A DNA stretch of 64,000 nt from Carcharhinus longimanus (GCA_030264375.1 JASCQW010000190.1:35696279-35760278); one strand, 5' to 3'; shown: positions 11,940-25,889, numbered from the stretch's first letter. Made by a program: numbers and translations. Notes: generated by a model from the sequence alone, not told the origin.

Positions 11940-13391
11940 CAACAAAGGGAACAGAAGCAAGAGTTGAACTGCTTGCTTGCATTTGTTAATGGCCCAACAC
12001 CTGCTTCTGACATGGGGAAAGGTCTTCCTTAACATTAACCAAAATGGCATCTACCGCAGCCTGTAGTTGAATTGTGCACACGTGGTATAGGCACCATTTG
12101 GACATAAAACCCATAGCATCGAAAGCCAGTATGTTACAGAGCCAATCTTTTTGCCATGATTTATTATTGTCACATGTATTAGTATGCATTGAAAGTATTG
12201 TTTCTTTCATGCTATACAGATAAGGCATACCATTCATAGAGAAGGAAAGGAGAGAGTGCAGAATGTAATGTTACAGTCATAGCTGGGGTGTAAGGAAAGA
12301 TCAAGAAGTGCGAGGCTGTGTGAGGACATTATCAACATCCTGGAAATAGAGAGTTGCTGGACGTTCTGTAGCTTCGCTGCTTTGGCTGAGCTCCAATTCA
12401 TTCACCTTGCTGACACTGCTACTTGTGGGGGATTGACCAGCTGCCGTGTTGCTGAGGCAGAGGAGGGCTGCTGTGGTTTTGATCTAGAGCACCCTGCACA
12501 GTGATGCCATTTTCTACATTTGTTGCAACTTTTACAATATGGAAAACAAACTGTTCTGTTGGGAGGGTGCTAGTCACTGCAGTTGGAGCAAGTGCCCCCT
12601 GTACTGCGAATGCTTCTGCTTCCCACTTAAAATCTCTGTTTCTTTCTTCTGATTGTTCATTTAATGTCCAGGCATTAATGTTTGCTTGTAATGTTGGATT
12701 TTTCTCTTGCAGCAGTTGCTTGTGGACCAAATCATTGTAAATTCCACAAACAATTCGATCTCTAATTAGGTCATCAGTGAATGTTCCAAATGCACATTTC
12801 TTTGCCAGTGTTTTCAGGGTGGCCCTGTAAATTTGTATTGATTAGTCTTCTCTTTTGTTTGTTGAATTAAATGCAAGTCTATTATGTTTTTTACTGGGAG
12901 ACAGATATTCTCAAACTGTTTTAGGATTATTTCAGGGTCCTCTTTCTTCTCCTCTGTGTGGAAACACAGACAACTCAAATTTTTAGATGGCCTTAGGGTG
13001 TGATATGTTTAATAAGAATATGAGCCTGTACCTTTCGTGACCTGTCAGGCGATGCAATACTGCAGCAAGTATGCCACTCCTTTTTGATTTTTCCCCCAGC
13101 TATTTGCAATATTTTCACCAAAGATGAATAAAGTGATGCGGTGCAGTCCTTGTGGCATACAACCAATTACTGGCACTGTGTGAATGTGTTGGGTTCTCGA
13201 ATTGTAGACGGCAAGGACTTTCAACAAATTAAAGTTTATTTGCTAGCTTAGCAGCTACTTCAACACTTGTGCTCTGCCCTCGTTCCCAGAGTAACACCCA
13301 TATTCCCGTCACGTGACCTCTTTTGTAACCACACCACCACATTCTCATGTGACTACATGGTCTACACAGTTAAAATTTAATAATATTCAAC
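11940..13391 (-). mobile_element. Decayed Gypsy-like LTR element: LTR (about 13185-13391) and gag remnant
   Basis: Minus strand starts TGTTGAAT with AATAAA near 13240; gag-like 'VHKQLLQEKNPTLQ' and a degenerate Cys/His knuckle near 12000-12080; interrupted by a Rex1 tail. Confidence 0.55.
12157..12305 (-). mobile_element. Rex1/Babar LINE 3' tail fragment
   Basis: ATTTATTATTGTCACATGTATT..GAAGGAAAGGAGAGAGTGCAGAATG, matching the 9464 and 30436 copies. Confidence 0.85.
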
Positions 13392-14089
13392 AGCAGTACT
13401 TTTATGCTTGTACTCCTTTTTGATCTGCAGTACACATTGACATCTGCCTCATTTATAACTGTCGCTGTCATATTGTAATTTTCAAAGACATGTTCACTAA
13501 TGCTTCCACAGCTAGTTCAAAAACTAAATGCATTTTTATTTTAAAAGGTTTGTTGTCAGGATATTCAAAGAACTTACATGGAATTTTGCTGTCATAATTA
13601 TTGCACAGCAGAGTGTTGTGACAGACTTGTCAGTTTTAGCTGAATAAGCACAAAGATAACATAACCTTCACTTTGAATACTTTCCAAAATGGTTCATAAG
13701 GGCTGTGAAATAGAACTCAGAAATAGGAAACATGATTACAACACTATGCACGTTGGAAAGTACTGCCAGTCACAGACAACACTCTAATCAAAAAGAACAC
13801 TGTAGGGTTCCTCCATAACTTAGATTCAACAGGACTGCCTAACCTGATCCTAAACATAAACTTGTGGAAGATATATGATAGTTCAGACCTTGGCATGTCA
13901 TAAAACCATACATTAGGTAGAAAATATCTATTGGAAATTAATAAAGGATGTACAATGCTTTTCTGAAGGTAACAGTGAATTTAAGATGATGATATGGATT
14001 TGTGAGGTGAGAAAGATGTTTAGGATTAGAGTGGAGGATTTTGACACTACGTTTTGAGCATTAGTGAAGCTTCACAATACTGGCGAGTT

Positions 14090-14230
14090 GCAACAACAGC
14101 AACTTGCATTTGTATAGCACCATTGACACAAGCAAACTGTTCCCAAAACATTTCACAGGATCAGACAACCACACAAGAAGATATTTGGGGAGGAGATCTC
14201 AGGCTTGTCAGACTAAAGGAGCTAATATAA
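14090..14230 (-). mobile_element. L2-like LINE 3' tail relic
   Basis: CAACAACAGCAACTTGCATTTGTATAGCAC motif. Confidence 0.45.
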
Positions 14231-15904
14231 GATTGAAATCCCTGCCTTGCGACTATCCTCGCCTCAGCTGTGCTGTGCAATGATTCAGGCAGCAGAGGCC
14301 TGAACTCAAGGGGCTATTCTCAAGTGTCTTTTGCCAGCTGGCCAACAGCAGTATCTGCACAGCTGCACAAACCTTCTCACCTGTATGTAATATAAGTAAG
14401 ATAAGGCTACACTGAGCTCAGGAAAAGGACTGTTGATGTTCTCAGAGTTATTTGGGTTATAGTGAACCACATTTATCACACTTTGGTTGAGATGTGCCAT
14501 TAAAAGTTAAAGGGACATTGAAAAGCAGGATCAACTGAACTGCAAAAACTACAAAACCTTCATATAACTTGTTTTACTTGTCATAAATTATATATATATA
14601 TATCTCATTTGAGACTCATTTGTGCAGGCTTGTGTAAATCCCTTTGTGTGCCCTAGCTTTTATTCATTTCTTTATCTAGTTATCTAAATTCCCTCTCCAT
14701 CCTATTAACTCAAGCTGGGATACGTTCCAGCACCTAGTCCAATGCAGGACTTCTCATGTGAGCCTAGATAGGAACAACAGGAGATTATGTAAATACTGGG
14801 GCCTGTGTACAAGCTTTTTCTCACCATATCTTCATATATATACTTGCAACAAGGGTTACTGGATAGTGACAAGAAGCAGAAGAAACACAATTATTTTTTC
14901 TCCTTCCTCATTTAGAAATTGATGGAGTAAATCATACAGCATCTCTGCTATCCCAATTGATGAATTTTACAGAGCCACAGAATCTTATAGCACAGCAGGA
15001 AGCTTTGAAAGGGCTGACCGTGCCTTTTTTTACCCTCATGTCCCTGCAATTGGTCCTCTTCAGGTACACTCAGTGGTATTTTTTAAGTTAGTACGTTCAT
15101 GTAGTGTTAGTTACTGAATGTTTGAACTTTGAAAGTGTCCACTAACCCAAGGATTTCGAGAATGGGAACCAATGTTTTGTGTTAACTTGACTTTGACAAC
15201 ATAATACGTAAGAAATAAAACTAAAAACAAAATGCTGGAAATACTCAGCAGACCATCTTTGGGGCGAAACATGTCAGTGACCCTTTTGGCAGCAGGAAGG
15301 AAGGAAAGTTGAGGTGGACACAAAAGTTGGATTGAGTGCACTGTCTAAGAAATCAGTACACAAACAGCACAGGGATGGGGGTGATTTTATTTTCAGTATT
15401 CTTATCATCGATGGATAGATGGCCTGTACTATAACCTGTGATATGAGTAGTCAACCAGAATGTAAAAGTATGCTGTTTCTTTTTGCACCCTCGTTTACAT
15501 ATATTATGCTGGTCTTTCCAACTCTAACCCTGTGATTCCAGCTAATTTTTCAGCAGAGCTGAAGCTGGTGGGAGGGGAAAGCATCTCCCCAGAAAGCATG
15601 TTTCCACACCCCTGTCTTTGTGCTGTTTTTGTAGCGATCTTCTTTGCAGTAGATGTTAACCCCTGCTTATAAAACATGCAAGAAAGAAACCAAAGCCTCC
15701 TGTCAGTTAAATTACAGGAATGGGGGGTGAGGGGGGTTGAGTGGGAAGGTGGAAGGGGGAGGTGGAGGGGTGGGTGGGTATCAGTAATATGTAAGGAACC
15801 ACATTCCAACATGAATTAACACGGTTAGGTCAGATGGAGTAACAGGTAAAAATCTGATTTAAGATTGGAGAAGAAAATAAACAAATAATACCTATTCACC
15901 AGTC

Positions 15905-16160
15905 AGAGGTTCAAGCAACAAATATCTGCAGATACTAGGAAAGCAGACACAATGAAATACCTTTGCCAACGAATTTCTCTCAAAGTCACACACGATTTTG
16001 ATTTGGAAATCAATTGCCATTCCTTCAATGTAACTGGATCAAAAATCTGTAACTCCCTTCCTAATACCACTGTGAGTCTATCGACATCACATGGACTGTA
16101 ATGATTCAAGATGATGGGTTACCCCCACCTTCTCAAGGGCAATTGTGGATAGGAAATGAA
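15905..16160 (+). mobile_element. LINE 3' end sharing its tail with the 917/18222 SINE family
   Basis: ..CCACCTTCTCAAGGGCAATTGTGGATAGG resembles the SINE tail GGCAATTAGGGATGG. Confidence 0.65.
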
Positions 16161-16162
16161 AG

Positions 16163-16600
16163 GAAAGACTTGCATTTATATAGTACTTTTCACGACCCAT
16201 CAGACATCTCTGAGTGTGCCTATGAAGTACTTTTGAAGTGTATTGTTGTAACGTAGGAAACATTGCAGCTAATTAGCAAGCATATATCTCCTATTAACAA
16301 CAATATGATAATGACCAAGTAATATGTTCTTGTGATGTTGATTGAGGGATGAATATTGGCCCAGGACAGTAACTCCCTTGCTCTTCCTTGGAATAGTGCA
16401 TGGGAACTTTTATGTCTACGTGAGAGGACCATCATAGTCTTGGTTTTAAAGTCTCAACTGAAAGATAGCACCTCCAACAGTGTAATATTATGGTCATGCT
16501 TCACTGGATTGTCAGCATTGATTTTGTGCTCAGGCCCTGGAGCGAGACCTTAACCTAGAACCTTGTGATCCAGATATGAATGTACCACCAACTGAGCCAA
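16163..16600 (-). mobile_element. DeuSINE (SacSINE1-like)
   Basis: Tail ACTTGCATTTATATAG, Deu-like block GATGTTGATTGAGGGATGAATATTGGCCCAGG..GAAAGATAGCACCTCCAACAGTG, tRNA head ending CAACTGAGCCA. Confidence 0.75.
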
Positions 16601-18221
16601 ATGGACAATAAATAATGAACCTAGACTGGATCTAAGGCCCAACATGGGACCACCAGAGCAGCTCATGCCCCCAAGCAAAGCATGCCCTTCCGCCACCCGC
16701 TATGGTCCCATGTTAAGCTCTGCAGCTCCACCTATTCCCCATGACCCTTCATACCCTAAAGTCAGACTATGGAACTTCCATGCCCAACATGTCTGGGGTA
16801 GCTGGAAGTGTCTGCAGAAGCAAGAGCCAAGCCCAAAACATTTTACTTGTTTATTTTTCCAAAACAATTTGAAAGAAAACGAAGAAAACTTCCCTTATTG
16901 AGTCATACAGATCAAGCAGATTCTAGGTTGAATTTGATTTCCTCTTGTTTGGTGATGGGAGCACTTATATTGATCTTTCAATCCCTGAGCTAAAGCATTT
17001 CAAACTTGGCCAGCAATCCCAATACTTCATTGGTTTCAGATAGATCAGGCTTGGCCTACATGGTTGAGTAGCTTAGTGACGTTCTCTGCCTGCATTCACT
17101 GATAAAGTGTGCCAGTTTATATGAAGGCCACAGATATTCATACTTTAGTAGGCCGTGCTGCTGGGGCAGCCTAACCCAGCTGGTTTAGTGGTAGCAGAAT
17201 AAGCATTGATTAAAGGGATGGTGTGGGTACAGACATATTGACCTGAATTTTCATCCTTAAGGTGGGTAATGGAAATCAGGAAAATCCCAGGCTTGGCCTG
17301 TGCCTCGGGGTAAAGTGTCAACAAAGGTTGGATCTTCATTGTTGTGGGGGGGGTGGGGGGGAAGTAGATGCTCCTGGAGTCAGCTTACCTACCTGGGAAA
17401 ATGTTCAGAGGCAGCAGCAGGGGTTGTTGGATGCAGAGATGGGCTCTTAAAAGGCCTGCCTCAATGCCAGTTAAATTAAAACACAACGGCCCTTTAGTCC
17501 TCACTCCTCATATCACCTCATCCTCCACACGCACTGCATATGCCCCATCCATCCCACTCCATGCCCATCCACTACCCCCCCCCACCCGCCCTGCCCCCCA
17601 CAAGCTATGCCATTCTAATTACTCACTTTTCCCCTGGTTCCAAGTTACGTCCTTACATGGATCCTCATAACAGCTCATTGCCCCAAGACAAACTATGCCC
17701 TTCCATTCACCCCTATGTGCCTTCATGGTCCCATGCTAATCTCCACACTTCCACCTTCTCCCCATGGCCTCTTATACCACTAAAGCCAAACTATTGAACT
17801 TCCATGCCCATTGACCTACTGACACTAAATAGAACTAATGAACTCTATAGGATGTATTTTAAAAGATTTAAAAAATAATTCATTTATAACTTTCTACCAT
17901 GTTTAAAATATAATTTAACTTAGAGGGCAATAAAAGTGTCAATCATTCAGAACTTTGAAAGTATCAATAACAAAAATCACAAGCCTTTGAACCCACTTAA
18001 CAAAAATAAGCACTGTGAAATTGACAGCAGAGATCAGAGAGTCTGGGCTGTCAATCAAGAATATTTTCAGTAAGAGTTTATTTGGTGCTGTGTTGTCTGT
18101 CACTGAGGATATCTGAACTATTGTGACCTGAATCTACTTGTGAGCCCAAATCCAACAAATGTCCACACCTACAGGTCTTACCAATGCGTTGTTCACATTC
18201 TAGCTTGATTAACAGGACAAC

Positions 18222-18548
18222 TGGGGAGGCAGAGGCATAGTGGTATTGTCACTGGACTAGTAATCCAGGGCAAGATCTGATGACCCGGGTTTGAATCCCA
18301 CCACAGCAAATGGTGAAATTTGAATTCAATAAACATCTGGAATTAAGAATCTCATAATGACCATGAAACGATTGTCGTAAACACCCATCTGGTTCATTGA
18401 TGTCCTCTAGGGAAGGAAATCTTCCATCTTTACCCAGTCTGGTCTAAGTGTGACTCCAGATCCACAATAATGCTATGAAATGGCAGGCAATTAGGGATGG
18501 ATAATAGATGCTGGCCCAGTCAGTGACACCCACATCCTGAGAAAGAAC
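18222..18548 (+). mobile_element. tRNA-derived SINE, second family
   Basis: Colinear with 917-1263. Confidence 0.82.
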
Positions 18549-20950
18549 AGAATCTATTTTGAGGGGTGAGATGGTAATTTTAAAGAGATAAAATGGTACT
18601 CAGTCCAAGGAGATGCCAGTGAATTAGTGTAAGGTTTGCTGCAATGACAGGCTGTTTCTTGCCGTACAAGTCACACTGCACAATGAGCATGAGATGTATT
18701 TTCAGTGTATTGGCCTGGATATTGCATCAGATCAGGGAACCGGAAGCAGACAGAACATAGCCATCCTTATAGACACCAGAGGAGGCTATTTTACTGTGTT
18801 TTGTCAGGTTTGTGTTGACTTAAACCAATTTGCAGAAGGCTCCAACCTAAAGGAAATTTGAACTCCTTGCTATTTGGCTGATGTTGACTTAAATACAATT
18901 AGTCACAGGGGAAATTAGAAAGATAGACTGTCCCAGCATTTTCCTGTTGGAAATTACACCAAAGAAACCTCCTGGTAAATGCTGAAGGAGAAGAGAATGA
19001 AATATTTCACATTTCCAAAACCCCGAGTGAACTATAAAGAGATTTCATTACGAGTTTTGTTTGGGCACAAGCAAAGAATATAAATAAGCCTTTCAAGGTA
19101 ATGGGAATTTAAGTTTAATTATGTCCAGTTCATATCGTAAACTTGGAGCATTGGACCTCTATACTAAACAAAGGTAATATTTATCCAATCAATCAACACC
19201 AAATCCAAACCTAGATCTTTGTAGTTTTAACATGTTGTGCAATTCTGTCCCTCATTTCAGATTCCAATCCAAAATATTGAACAGATATGGAGATGTGGTT
19301 TTATTTAATTATCTTTACAGATCATGGAGCCAACAGCACAGAACTTTCATGGAAGGATTACATTAAATGGGTGGGTTAAAGCCCACGATTGGATTGTTTG
19401 AACATGTTCAGAAAAGAAGCAAGATAGTGCGATAGCACGGTCTTGTTTCCATACAGGTAACTTTAAAATAAACATTCGCATGTGAAAAACCTTTCACTCT
19501 GCCCTGATTTTTGACTTGGGAAACCCAGAGCAAGACATGGCCACACACTGGTTTATTCTGCATTTTGTTTTTGTCTATGCGAGACAATGGAAACACTGAA
19601 TGAGAAGTTGGCACTTCATTGTAAATGTGAAATCTGATGAAATTACATTGCGTACGGGCAAACTGGGTAAGATGGGGCTTTATCTGAATAGTGGACCATT
19701 CTTCTCAAAGATATTGAGCTACCCATACTCTGCATTTGATACAGTTGGACCAGTTTTTAAATTCCTTTTTGGTTTGGCATTCATCCTTCCTTTCAGCACA
19801 AATAATTCTATAATTGATGAGTTATTCCTACAGTGAACCCACCCAGACACAACAGGTCGAATGGCCTCTTTCTGTGCTGTAACATTGCTGTGATTCTGAG
19901 ATGATTTAATCCGGGTGCATGATCAGTTTTGTGGGTGGGCGGATTGACTTCCAGTGTAATACATTTCAAACCTGCGCAAAAGATCGCGAGGCCTCGATTT
20001 GCACTGAAAATAACTTGCGCTCCAAAATCCGTGTTCTTTTGCACAGGTTTGACTGATTCTGGGTGAATTGTGCCAGTACAATCTGGCAGAAATTCTACCC
20101 CAGGATCTTTATATAATTGGCATATACAGAAAAACATTGTATTCAAGATAAATAATAACCAATTGCATCTGTAATGGTAGAAAGTGTGCATGATTTCTAG
20201 CAGTGTCAATCTGCTTGAATTCCTTATGTCAGTGTCTGTTAGACTTGTGGTACCAATGTAGTTACGCATGAGTTGTGTTTTTGAATAACTATACTTAACC
20301 AACGTAAATAAGCCAGACCAGGTTCAAACTATCTGACTGAACTAAACTTTTATAAAAACGTAGATTGAACATGTTATTTAATTTAATCTGACAGGTCATT
20401 AAAATTCTTTTTCATTAATCATTTATACAATGGTTCTTTTGTCCGTATTAATTATAGAACATCCACTTTGCAAAGCTATGTTTGTTTTTACGTAACGGTA
20501 ATGGGGTAAAATTGAATTGGTATTCTCATATTTGATGTAAAGTTTGCCACAGTTTTACAGTGGAAACGTCACTTCTAAAGTTGTAAAATTTGTGCCATGT
20601 TTAATTACAAAGGAAAATAAATACATCTATAAAAGCAGAACTATTGGAAGTAATCAGCTTGGCAAGCAGCATATGTGGAGGGAGACGTAGAGCTGACAAT
20701 ACCAGGTTGATAACCTTTCATCAGAATATTTTATTACATGTTTATACATTAAGAATTCATTTTATTTTATTCAACCTTCTATTTAGTCGGGTAAGTCAAT
20801 TAAGAAACAATTCTCATTTACAATAACAACCTGGCAACATAAATTACTCAATAAAATTTGTTTAAACACTAAAAAATAATAAAATACAAATTAGCAGTGG
20901 AAGAGAATCAACAGTCATTATTGTAAATGTAACAATGCCTTTGAAATATA

Positions 20951-21621
20951 GGGCAGAATTTTACATGATCCTGTCAACAGATTTGCAGAAGGAGTCACGT
21001 GAGATTTGGTTGGGGGTGGGTGGATGGGGGTGACTATAAAATCCACCTGCCTCACACCCATTTTGACTTTTTACGATGGGACGGGTGAGGCCTAGGCCCT
21101 TGCTCTAATTGAGGCCCTTGAATGGCCAATTAATGACCACTTAAGGATAATATCCAGGTGGGAAGAGTTCAGGAGTGGGGGGAAACCCAGAAAGTGACTC
21201 TGTACAAGTCCTGGGCAGGAAGATGGTTATGGGGGGAGGGAGGAACATTTCCATCAATGGTTTCCTTACAGGATCTTCGCCCTGTGAGTACTCTCTTCCC
21301 CTGATCTCTGCACCAACAGCCCCACTCCTGCCCGCACCCTCCAGGAATTGTCTTCCCTCCCCATTCTACTCTTCCCACAATAGCCGATCCTGGCCTTTCA
21401 GACTTGGCTTTGGGAGCTGCTTGCAGTCCCAGTCCTGTCCACTGCAGTTTCTGGCATGGCTAGGACAAGCCAGCTGCCTACCAATCAGATTGGCCAACAG
21501 CTCCCTGATGTGGGACTTCCGTCCAAGTAAGGGGCAAAAATCTAATTTCCAGCCAATGGCCTTGGCAATTTTCTCCACTAACAGTTCAGATGGCAAACCG
21601 ACCATCTGAAAACTCCTGCTC
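20951..21621. mobile_element. GGGC..-type non-autonomous TIR element
   Basis: Termini GGGCAGAATTTT..AAAACTCCTGCTC. Confidence 0.55.
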
Positions 21622-21859
21622 TAGGACAATTAGGACTGGCTCAAGAACCGGTTAATTATACTACCAGAAGGTGACCCTATACAGAGCAAAAAGCATGTGT
21701 AACCATGAAGAAGATAGGGATGAATTTAGAAAGTGCCTACAAGATTCCAGGAACCTTCACAAAGCCAGAGCTTCATCTGCTAACTGTGTACCTCTGGGAG
21801 GTATGTCACCAGAAGGGAAGAAACAACAAAAGAAAGAAGAAAAAAAGGAAAAGGTGAAA

Positions 21860-21960
21860 ACTTGTATTTTTTAACTCCTTTCACAATCTTAGATGTCCAA
21901 AACTGCTTTATAACCAATGAATCGCTCTTGAAGTGTACTCACTGTTGTACTGCAAGGCAG
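21860..21960 (-). mobile_element. DeuSINE 3' fragment
   Basis: CCAATGAA..TTGAAGTGTACTCACTGTTG resembles the 16163 copy. Confidence 0.5.
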
Positions 21961-21964
21961 AGAT

Positions 21965-22280
21965 GGGCAGCACAGTGGCACAGTGGTTAGCACTGCTGCC
22001 TCACAGTGTCAGGACCTGGGTTCAATTCCGGTCTTGGGTCACTGTTTGTGTGGAGTTTGTATGTTCTCCCCATGTTTGCATAGGTTTCCTTCTGGTACTC
22101 CAATTTCCTCCCACAGTCCAAAGATGCGCAGATTAGGTTGATTGCCCATGCTAAATTGCCACTTAGTATCAGGGCACTAGCAGGGTAAATACATGGGGTT
22201 ACAAACATAGCATCTGGGATTATTGTCAGTGCAGGCTTGATGAGCCAAATGGCCTCTTTCTGCACTGTAGGGATTCTGTA
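21965..22280 (+). mobile_element. HE1/V-SINE, tail A
   Basis: GGGCAGCACAGTGGCACAGTGGTTAGC head and CR1-type tail. Confidence 0.93.
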
Positions 22281-23369
22281 GATATACAATATACTGCAAG
22301 CAGGCTTCCAGTTAAAGTCCACTGCATCTGTAGCACTTCTAGTAGTTTCTAAAAGGATAACCTCTCCCAACCTTGATTATTCCCACAAAAGCAAATTGCA
22401 GGGGGATCCTGGGCGATCCCCTCTAGCCAATGCTCATGACAGCTCTATGTAATTCCAGGGTACCAGTAACGACCAGACATAATAAAGCAAATGGCTTCAT
22501 AAGAGTTATCATTGATGATGCTGTTGAGGACTAACTTCAGGAGCCTGGATTGATCTGTAATATCCTGCGGTACAGCCTGATGAGAATGTCCAGGGTTGTT
22601 GCAATATGTTGCATGCTATGTTACCCTGAAAACAATGAAGACCAAAGTGGTAATAAAGGAGGAAGAAGAGTAGTGGATATTTATCTTCTAAGAACTTGTA
22701 TGATATCCCAAATTGGCATTGTAAATAAAAGCAGAAAGTGCCAAAAATGGACAAACACGTCAATCCTTTTTTGTAAGTTTCCTAGTGTCACATTCCAAGA
22801 TGCTGTTAAAGGAATTCTGATAAAAGGACATTGACCTGAAGATGAGTTTTTCGCTCTCCACTTTTTGAGTATTTACAGCTTTTCTTGTCCTTGGTTTAGG
22901 TTTCCAGTTTCTACAGTTTTTTTTAAAGGGATACTTGTAGCTGCTTCCTGTTTGGGCAAGTCCTGCAACACAGAATAAAATGGCATTGGGACCCTAACCA
23001 AAGATCCATCTGCATCATAGAATTCAGATAGATATGGTATAATGAGACTGCTCCTGTTTCTGGCAGGGAATGTTGACCTCCTATATTTGGAAATATCATT
23101 TGCTGATATGTAAAACCATCAATGAAGATGCCACAATTGGAGACTTAAGGCTTTGCTTTCAGCATTAAATGGAAAATGCAGGGGAAGTATTAGACTGAGC
23201 GGAAAGTAGGTCAGCTTGTGATTTTCGTGACCTGTTGATTTTTTTCTGTTTAGTATACCTCAAACATAACATTTCTCACAATAAGCTAAGTGGGAATATC
23301 CAAGGAAAGCTAGCTTTTGGAAAATTATATTTTGCTCTACTGTGATAGGAGAGAATTTTCATTTGTGTT

Positions 23370-23622
23370 TAAAGTTTAAGTTTATTTATTATTGTTACAA
23401 GTATGCTTACATTAACACTGCAATGAAGTTACTGTGAAAATCCCATAGTCACCACACTCTGGCACCTATTTGGGTATACTGAGGGAGAATTTGGCATGGC
23501 TGATGCACCTAACCAGCACGTTTTTTGGACTGTGTGAGGAAACCCAAACAGACAAGGGGAGAAACAGTTACACAAGCTGGGAATTGAACCTGGCTCCCTG
23601 GCACTGTGAGACCATGCTGCCC
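23370..23622 (-). mobile_element. V-SINE, tail B
   Basis: Reverse complement of tail B plus internally deleted head. Confidence 0.88.
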
Positions 23623-23738
23623 ATGATGGAGGAGGTGAGAAAAGTTTTGTATGTACTACGATTGGTACAAAAACTAACCAATTAAAAAGGAGAAATGAGG
23701 AAATAAATCTCAGGATGAAACAAACTGGTTGCAAGCAT

Positions 23739-23947
23739 GGGGAGGGATTTTTGTGCCCTTCCTGTCGACGGGATTTTTCAATCTTGTCAAAGGTGACCCA
23801 GCCATGGAGGGTTCTTCAGTAGCGGGATGGGCGAGCCATGTAAAATGGTGTGGACATTGGCGGGACTGGAAGATGCCATCAGCAGCCAAGGATGAGCCTC
23901 CTCTGCCATCATAAACCATGCTGTGGAACAGCAGGAAAATCTCACCC
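23739..23947. mobile_element. GGG..CCC-type MITE-like repeat
   Basis: TIR GGGAGGGATTTT..AAAATCTCACCC. Confidence 0.6.
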
Positions 23948-23984
23948 ATGGTGTGCTGGGCTGAGCATCTGAAACCATATTCTC

Positions 23985-24880
23985 TCTATCTCACAAACTC
24001 TCTACTTTCACTCTGGTAACATTGCCTGCCTCCACTATTGAATCAACTAATCTTATAGTGAATTTCTCATTCTGGCCTTTGACATATTCAGTCTCAATTA
24101 CTTCTTTTCTCTCCTGGTGAATCTTTCATTCTTTACTCTCTTTAGTCTCAGCATATCTAAAATGACATTGTTGGTATCCTATCCCTCAGTAAGTGCCACT
24201 CACTCATCGTCCATGTACTTGTTGACCTAAATTGACACCTGGTTCCCCCCGTCAGTCAATTTTGAAACTCTCATGTTTAAATTTCTCCATGGTCTTGCTA
24301 CATTCAGTGCTACATCCACCTTTCCTGACCTCCCCATTCCACTGACTTTTAAGTGCATCACCTCAATTCTTCACCTCACTATTGACCGATGTATCATCAG
24401 CTTTGTAGCCCACACACTGGGTGGCACGGTGGCACAGTGGTTAGCACTGCTGCCTCACAGTGCCAGGAGCCCGGGTTCAATTCCCAGCTCACGTTACTGT
24501 CTGTGTGGAGTTTGCACATTCCCCCTGTGTCTGTGTGGGTTTCCTCCGGGTGTCCCAGTTTTCTCCCACATTCTGAAAGACATGCTGATTAGGTGAATCA
24601 ACTCGAGCAGGCGCTGGATAGTGGCAACTAGGGGAATTTCACAATTACTTCATTGCAGTGTTAATGTAAGCTTACTTGTGATTAATAAATATACTTTACA
24701 CTGGGATTGCCTCCTTAAATTAGTTTGCATATTCATTAAGACCATTCTTGAATCTTATCTCTTCGACTAATATCTTTTTCTTTTAGTTCTGTCTTCAGTT
24801 CTTTTGTTATAACTCTGTGAAGCATCTTGGAAACTTTTCATTCCGTGTTAATGGCAATATATAAAAGCAAGTTGTTTTGA
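23985..24880 (+). mobile_element. Old L2 LINE 3' fragment interrupted by a SINE
   Basis: Degenerate L2-type 3' end ..TGTGAAGCATCTTGG..GGCAATATATAAAAGCAAGTTGTT. Confidence 0.6.
24419..24697 (+). mobile_element. V-SINE, tail B
   Basis: Canonical head and tail; ACACTGGG occurs on both sides (probable TSD). Confidence 0.92.
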
Positions 24881-25889
24881 GACACAACCAATGACAAATG
24901 ATTAACAGGGACTACAGCCTCGACAGTCACCAGGAAATAATACATTTGCTGGATGGATGGATTTGCTACATATTGTTTAGGTTCAACTTTCTTACTGTGT
25001 TCCCAAAGAAGGATTTCATTTTGGAAGGGTCAGAGCCGACACAGTAACACAGTAAGGGATGGGGAAGAAGGCTGTCAACAGATTAATAGGAAACTTGGCT
25101 TCAGATTTCTTTGGCATTTTTGGGATTGTGTTGTCAGTCCTGTGAGTGCAGCTCCATCAACTTCAATCAGCACATTAATACAATCACTGACAGATGTTTT
25201 CTCTATGGAATCGAGATATATAAGCACATTCTGGTTTAAAAATTGCTAACTTGTAAAACTGTTCCATTTCATTTGGAACCATCAGGCTGAATTTTCTTGT
25301 TTTAAAATAAAATGATTGAACGTTAACTTTAAATTACAGTGATGTCCTGTAACATTTATTTGGTGGTCAGTGGATTGATGAGCAACACCAAAGGAAGATT
25401 AACAATGTTTTCATCTTGTAGCTGGAGACAGAAAACACTCCTACATTTCAAGATATTACAAAGCACCACTTGATCCTTTGCACTTCACATTAAAAAGGAA
25501 GCCCCCTTTCTCTACAAATCCTGCCAAATTCCTTCTTGTCTCCTCCTCCTCTCAATGTTTCCCAGATCTGTCAACTTTCCAACTCCCTATCTTCCACATC
25601 CTTCCATTTCATCCATTGTCCTCCCAATTTCCCATTCATCTAGTGTTTCTTTTCACTCGCACTCTTCATGTTCACACTCTGAGGTTTTGGAGCAGAGTTA
25701 GTCCCAACATTTATTAAAGCTTTGTGTCATTGTATGATTTTTATATTTTAACATAAAAGGTAGAACTGTCAAATATTCAGAATATCGCAAGGCACATCGA
25801 ACAAATCATTTTGAACATTGGAAATAAGAGCAGGAATGGGCTACTGGCCCCTCAAGCCTGTTCAAAATGTTGTTAATTAACTAATATAA

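Noticed and set aside
19808-20302. 164-aa minus-strand ORF
   Set aside because: Overlaps a CR1 tail and a palindromic repeat; no recognisable domain
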